Made by a program: the position numbers and the translations under genes | The notes under the pieces: generated by a model | Databases searched by the model: none | What the model saw: the letters and a program-made list of their open reading frames with translations, nothing else | Told to the model about the DNA's origin: nothing | Assembly: GCA_002269645.1 (NCBI GenBank) | Contig: NIVC01000067.1 | Coordinates: forward strand, 744,001-808,000 | Length of the DNA: 64,000 bases | Source: Macrostomum lignano | Lineage: Eukaryota | Reading direction: 5' to 3' | Shown here: positions 62,301 through 64,000 of the stretch, piece by piece | How the letters are laid out: every line of letters begins with the position of its first letter | Numbering within the stretch: position 1 is the first letter of the stretch

Positions 62301-63955
62301 AAGCGCGGAAGAGAAGGCAGACCATCATCTCGGTATGGAGAAAGCTACTGCGCACGGCAGAAATCGATGAGCTGGAGGTCGAAAGGCTGGTGACCGATAG
62401 AGAGGCTTGGAGAAAGAAGTTACGCATCAGGGAAAGAGCGCTGGAGGAGAGCGAGAGGAAGAAAGGAAAGAAAGCAGAGACGACTGAGGAAGAAACAGCA
62501 CAGGAAAGAGAAGCCGGAGAAGTGGAATCGGAGCTGACCGGGTACAGGTGCAATTACGAGAACTGCGGGAAGGTGTGCGCGTCGAGAGCCGGGTTAGCCG
62601 TACACCAACGGAGGATACACCATCAATTTACGAAGACACCGCTGCCGTGCCTAAAGTGCAACGCTACCTTCTTCACGGAGGCGACAAGAAAAAACCACCA
62701 GAAGAGGTGCGGAGGAGAGGAGCGATCGGCGAAAGAAGTCCACTGCGGAGAGTGCAACAAGTGGATAAGCAAGTCCAACCACGCGCGGCATAGGAAACGG
62801 TGCAAGGAGAACGGAAGGAAACCAGAGGCGGGCGCGACACCGGACGAGAGGGCAGAAGAAGCAGCAGTACCAACGGGGAGAGGCCAGCAGACGACGGGGA
62901 TTACGGCGCGGATCTACAAGAGCGCCAGAGCTCCGTGCCCGGACTGCGGGAGGATGCTGGCCCGCACGAACATGGCCAGACATCGAAAGACCTGCCAGTG
63001 AGTCGGCGGCAGAGCGTCCACGCCGCGAGGCGAGAAAAGGACTGAAGAAGAAGAAGATGATGGTGGAGGGTGATGATGATGACGGTGGTGATCGTGACGG
63101 TGATGATGGTGGTGATGGTGATGATGATGATGGTGATGATGATGGTGATGATGATAATGGTGATAATAGTTGCCATTAAAGATGATGAAGTTACAAAATG
63201 CTGAACAATAAAAAGTAGAGAGATCTAATGCAAGTACCAAACTAAGACCAAGTACAGCAGTGAACTGTAGCTCACGTGGCACAGATTAACAGTCCGACAG
63301 TCGTACATAGTCCGACACTGCCAGCCGCAGTACATCACGGACAGCAGGGCTACAATCGAGGCCAGCACTGCGCAGAATTGAAAAGCGGACAGATTGGCCA
63401 GATCGGCCGAGGCCCAGTTAGCCAATGGCACGGCCAGACAAGCGGCCATGTAGGGCACCTGGGCTAGCCAGAGCTGGGACAGGCGGGTGGCAGTCTGGCT
63501 AGACATCTCAATAAGCAGTGAGGCGTGAGCAAATCGAACGCATTTATCAACCAGCTGGAACATCAGGTCAGTCAGCACCAACTGCAGGCCGATGTTAACA
63601 GCCGGCAGCCAGCGGAACCAATGCAAGCTGAACGCCAAGGCGTACACTGGTGCCGCGTACAGCAGCCACTTGCGACGGTCCGTCAGCCGGCTGTCCTGAA
63701 CATGCGACACGGCCAAACTGATCAGTGTGCTCCACAGCATAGCAACCAACTGGGACGCCTGGAACCAGTTCTCGCTAAGCAGGAACACCGTCAGGTACAC
63801 TTTGGCGCGGAAGAAATCTAATAGACCGGACACTAGCGACAGGCCAAGATTGCCGCTGGCGTAGGCCACGGTCTGGCGGGACACCTGCGGCCCGGCCGAG
63901 GCTGGCGTTGCCGACGCTGCTGCGGCTTGTTGCTGCAGAATGCCAACGGCTGCTT
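56352..63955 (-). CDS. MFSD13A: MFSD13A/TMEM180-like MFS transporter, 5' end beyond the window; exons 63955-63276, ~58793-58308, 56708-56352
   Basis: Multi-TM segments align by eye to TMEM180 (LRRLFTDRLF..FH..F...FLPMLVDQL; NLQ|SLAVVEVADRD..R...SAL; GAIPLITGLCELALW). Phase-0 GT-AG joins. The exon-B acceptor is the least certain boundary. Confidence 0.8.
56755..58280. repeat. 22-bp minisatellite (TTTAGTTTACAGCTAGTTCCGC) filling the last MFSD13A intron
   Basis: Seen directly. Confidence 0.96.
58879..58969 (+). ncRNA. HDV-like self-cleaving ribozyme at the element 5' end
   Basis: P1 GCTTGGC/GCCAAGC; P2 GATTCTGC/GCAGAATC; P3 ACC/GGT; L3 TCCACG; P1.1 CC/GG; GGGCAAC junction; P4 CAACCGG/CCGGTTG; J4/2 GCAAA with the catalytic-position C at 58958. 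Confidence 0.88.
58925..63001 (+). CDS. RTE ORF: APE endonuclease + reverse transcriptase + C-terminal zinc fingers (1358 codons open)
   Basis: APE motifs LATWNM, LSE, GGDFNA, IDG, SDHLP. RT motifs NFRGICLL, QFGFR, LDLKKAY, LREGCATSP, FADD. RTE-type WRRLGHVLR. Four C2H2/C2HC fingers. Confidence 0.95.
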   Translation: MPSGQPEQPGWQSRIGGGREARSLGVTAAVYGQTSSQQSGLDLTDPGTSRNNSKVESFAESERESEELLRKISKKNKKKKEHEANKEESNCTYPESKERRRAEISRALETIEKNPGPRRPAQKTARKLRRTTRRKKVRDRKAREKARRANERWHNNDIKLATWNMRRANVGSGRFGEVVKYAIGKGWDVTLLSELDTPGVGIRSYHHREAEMHLVHSQKVGMLLGETAWTMWNETGRKMHPMKRTLALEIGGVILIAVYQPVKKGKEYEEEVDEIREEIERMLNTFAKKAVLIIGGDFNASVGSGVHRLSSTGRYGIGPTNQQGEDLLLWLESLGLAWASTFYRQKKQGTWRNPRSHQWYEIDGFITKKEQRHRIIGSIRTDHDPNHHTRSDHLPKVITMKRRFAERCAEPTRKYPKNQKNEIAWDRLRDVGVRELYRNKTEEVLAGKGETDWETTKQTMLEAAREICGPKTRQTNPWMVGHEEELAELNKEVEHALSARNRVKKSPEGTLTVEERTVALTRATQGLKEKRGKQKKKLQEWMEQWWMEIAEECKRNCDTGNVAGMYDCLRKMGRNTKQNENNSRTVPLFTAEDFKEHLSKIQEQRFENDQEEMLNLIRSAPKPSVDKATIEEANDRLSRPLTNKEIDDEIKKIKDGAPGLDGIRMRYITSACAMAQAEVRKVVHYIWNNPADTWEEDQKVGVIMPLHKKGDRTNLNNFRGICLLPVASRILARILATRLSSWTENMGLLDDNQFGFRSGRSTMDATQIILRLNEDAEKIRESPEWAESMDTSLVLLDLKKAYPRVNKPALWELLKHQHMPERTIKKLADLHEYTAYTVRCGAETSSEFYPQRGLREGCATSPILFNIYHQTAIRIAKERRMEKAKNTGAECGIKWVCRPGKCLPPKKMGGYNEEAAEITITEVLFADDTTIVGGSEEIEQGTRTVIETIGILEERTNDEKEERAKLGTPESQNIRILGTWIGRKQDTAQRLQRAAKAWAGVKCMLRKTRLSKRTQARIIETCVESTMLFNAGARPFHKSEIKRMQQAMDRRYRYVWSSKTEPPLKEMERKKVNMWDVRNELRVRSIGAKVESAHWRRLGHVLRLPDTSTVKRCVLGWSKKLTTIKKARKRRQTIISVWRKLLRTAEIDELEVERLVTDREAWRKKLRIRERALEESERKKGKKAETTEEETAQEREAGEVESELTGYRCNYENCGKVCASRAGLAVHQRRIHHQFTKTPLPCLKCNATFFTEATRKNHQKRCGGEERSAKEVHCGECNKWISKSNHARHRKRCKENGRKPEAGATPDERAEEAAVPTGRGQQTTGITARIYKSARAPCPDCGRMLARTNMARHRKTCQ
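63056..63170. repeat. (GAT/GGT)n trinucleotide microsatellite split by the RTE insertion (other part at 58833-58879)
   Basis: Seen directly. Confidence 0.92.
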
Positions 63956-64000
63956 CTGTTACAGTAGTGTACTAATGGGATGGGGAGTCGGGACTGGGTC

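Larger units (their letters stand above)
58879..63055 (+). mobile_element. full-length RTE-clade non-LTR retrotransposon, antisense in an MFSD13A intron
   Basis: 14-bp TSD GATGATGGTGGAGG (58866-58879 and 63056-63069), (GAA)n 3' tail, a short 3' UTR and one intact ORF. Confidence 0.95.

Noticed and set aside
62914-63282. Poly-His ORFs (also 58270-58887)
   Set aside because: Translations of the intronic (CAT/CAC)n microsatellite.

Overview
Eukaryotic, intron-rich animal DNA: GC-rich exons separated by introns filled with micro- and minisatellites. The style suggests a free-living flatworm such as Macrostomum (inference only). Genes assembled by hand from splice sites and reading frame: an LHFPL/LHFP tetraspan gene (4 exons, minus), a GM2-activator/ML-domain gene (4 exons, minus), an intronless secreted C-type-lectin + 4 Ig gene (one frameshift), a coiled-coil ORF, an intron-containing but frameshifted RPS3A copy, a two-exon canonical noggin, and an MFSD13A/TMEM180-like transporter. 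Mobile DNA: an internally deleted IS630/Tc1-type transposon with 130-bp TIRs, tRNA-derived SINE-like copies, a possible Merlin remnant in an AT-rich island, and an intact 4.2-kb RTE-clade LINE in a transporter intron. The LINE is the highlight. It begins exactly with a complete HDV-like ribozyme fold carrying an extra hairpin in L3. Its single ORF has no AUG before the endonuclease, contains a non-canonical 2A/StopGo-like motif (TIEKNPGP), and ends in four zinc fingers. It sits in a (GAT/GGT)n microsatellite with a 14-bp TSD. Most long ORFs in the supplied track are artefacts of stop-free tandem repeats.
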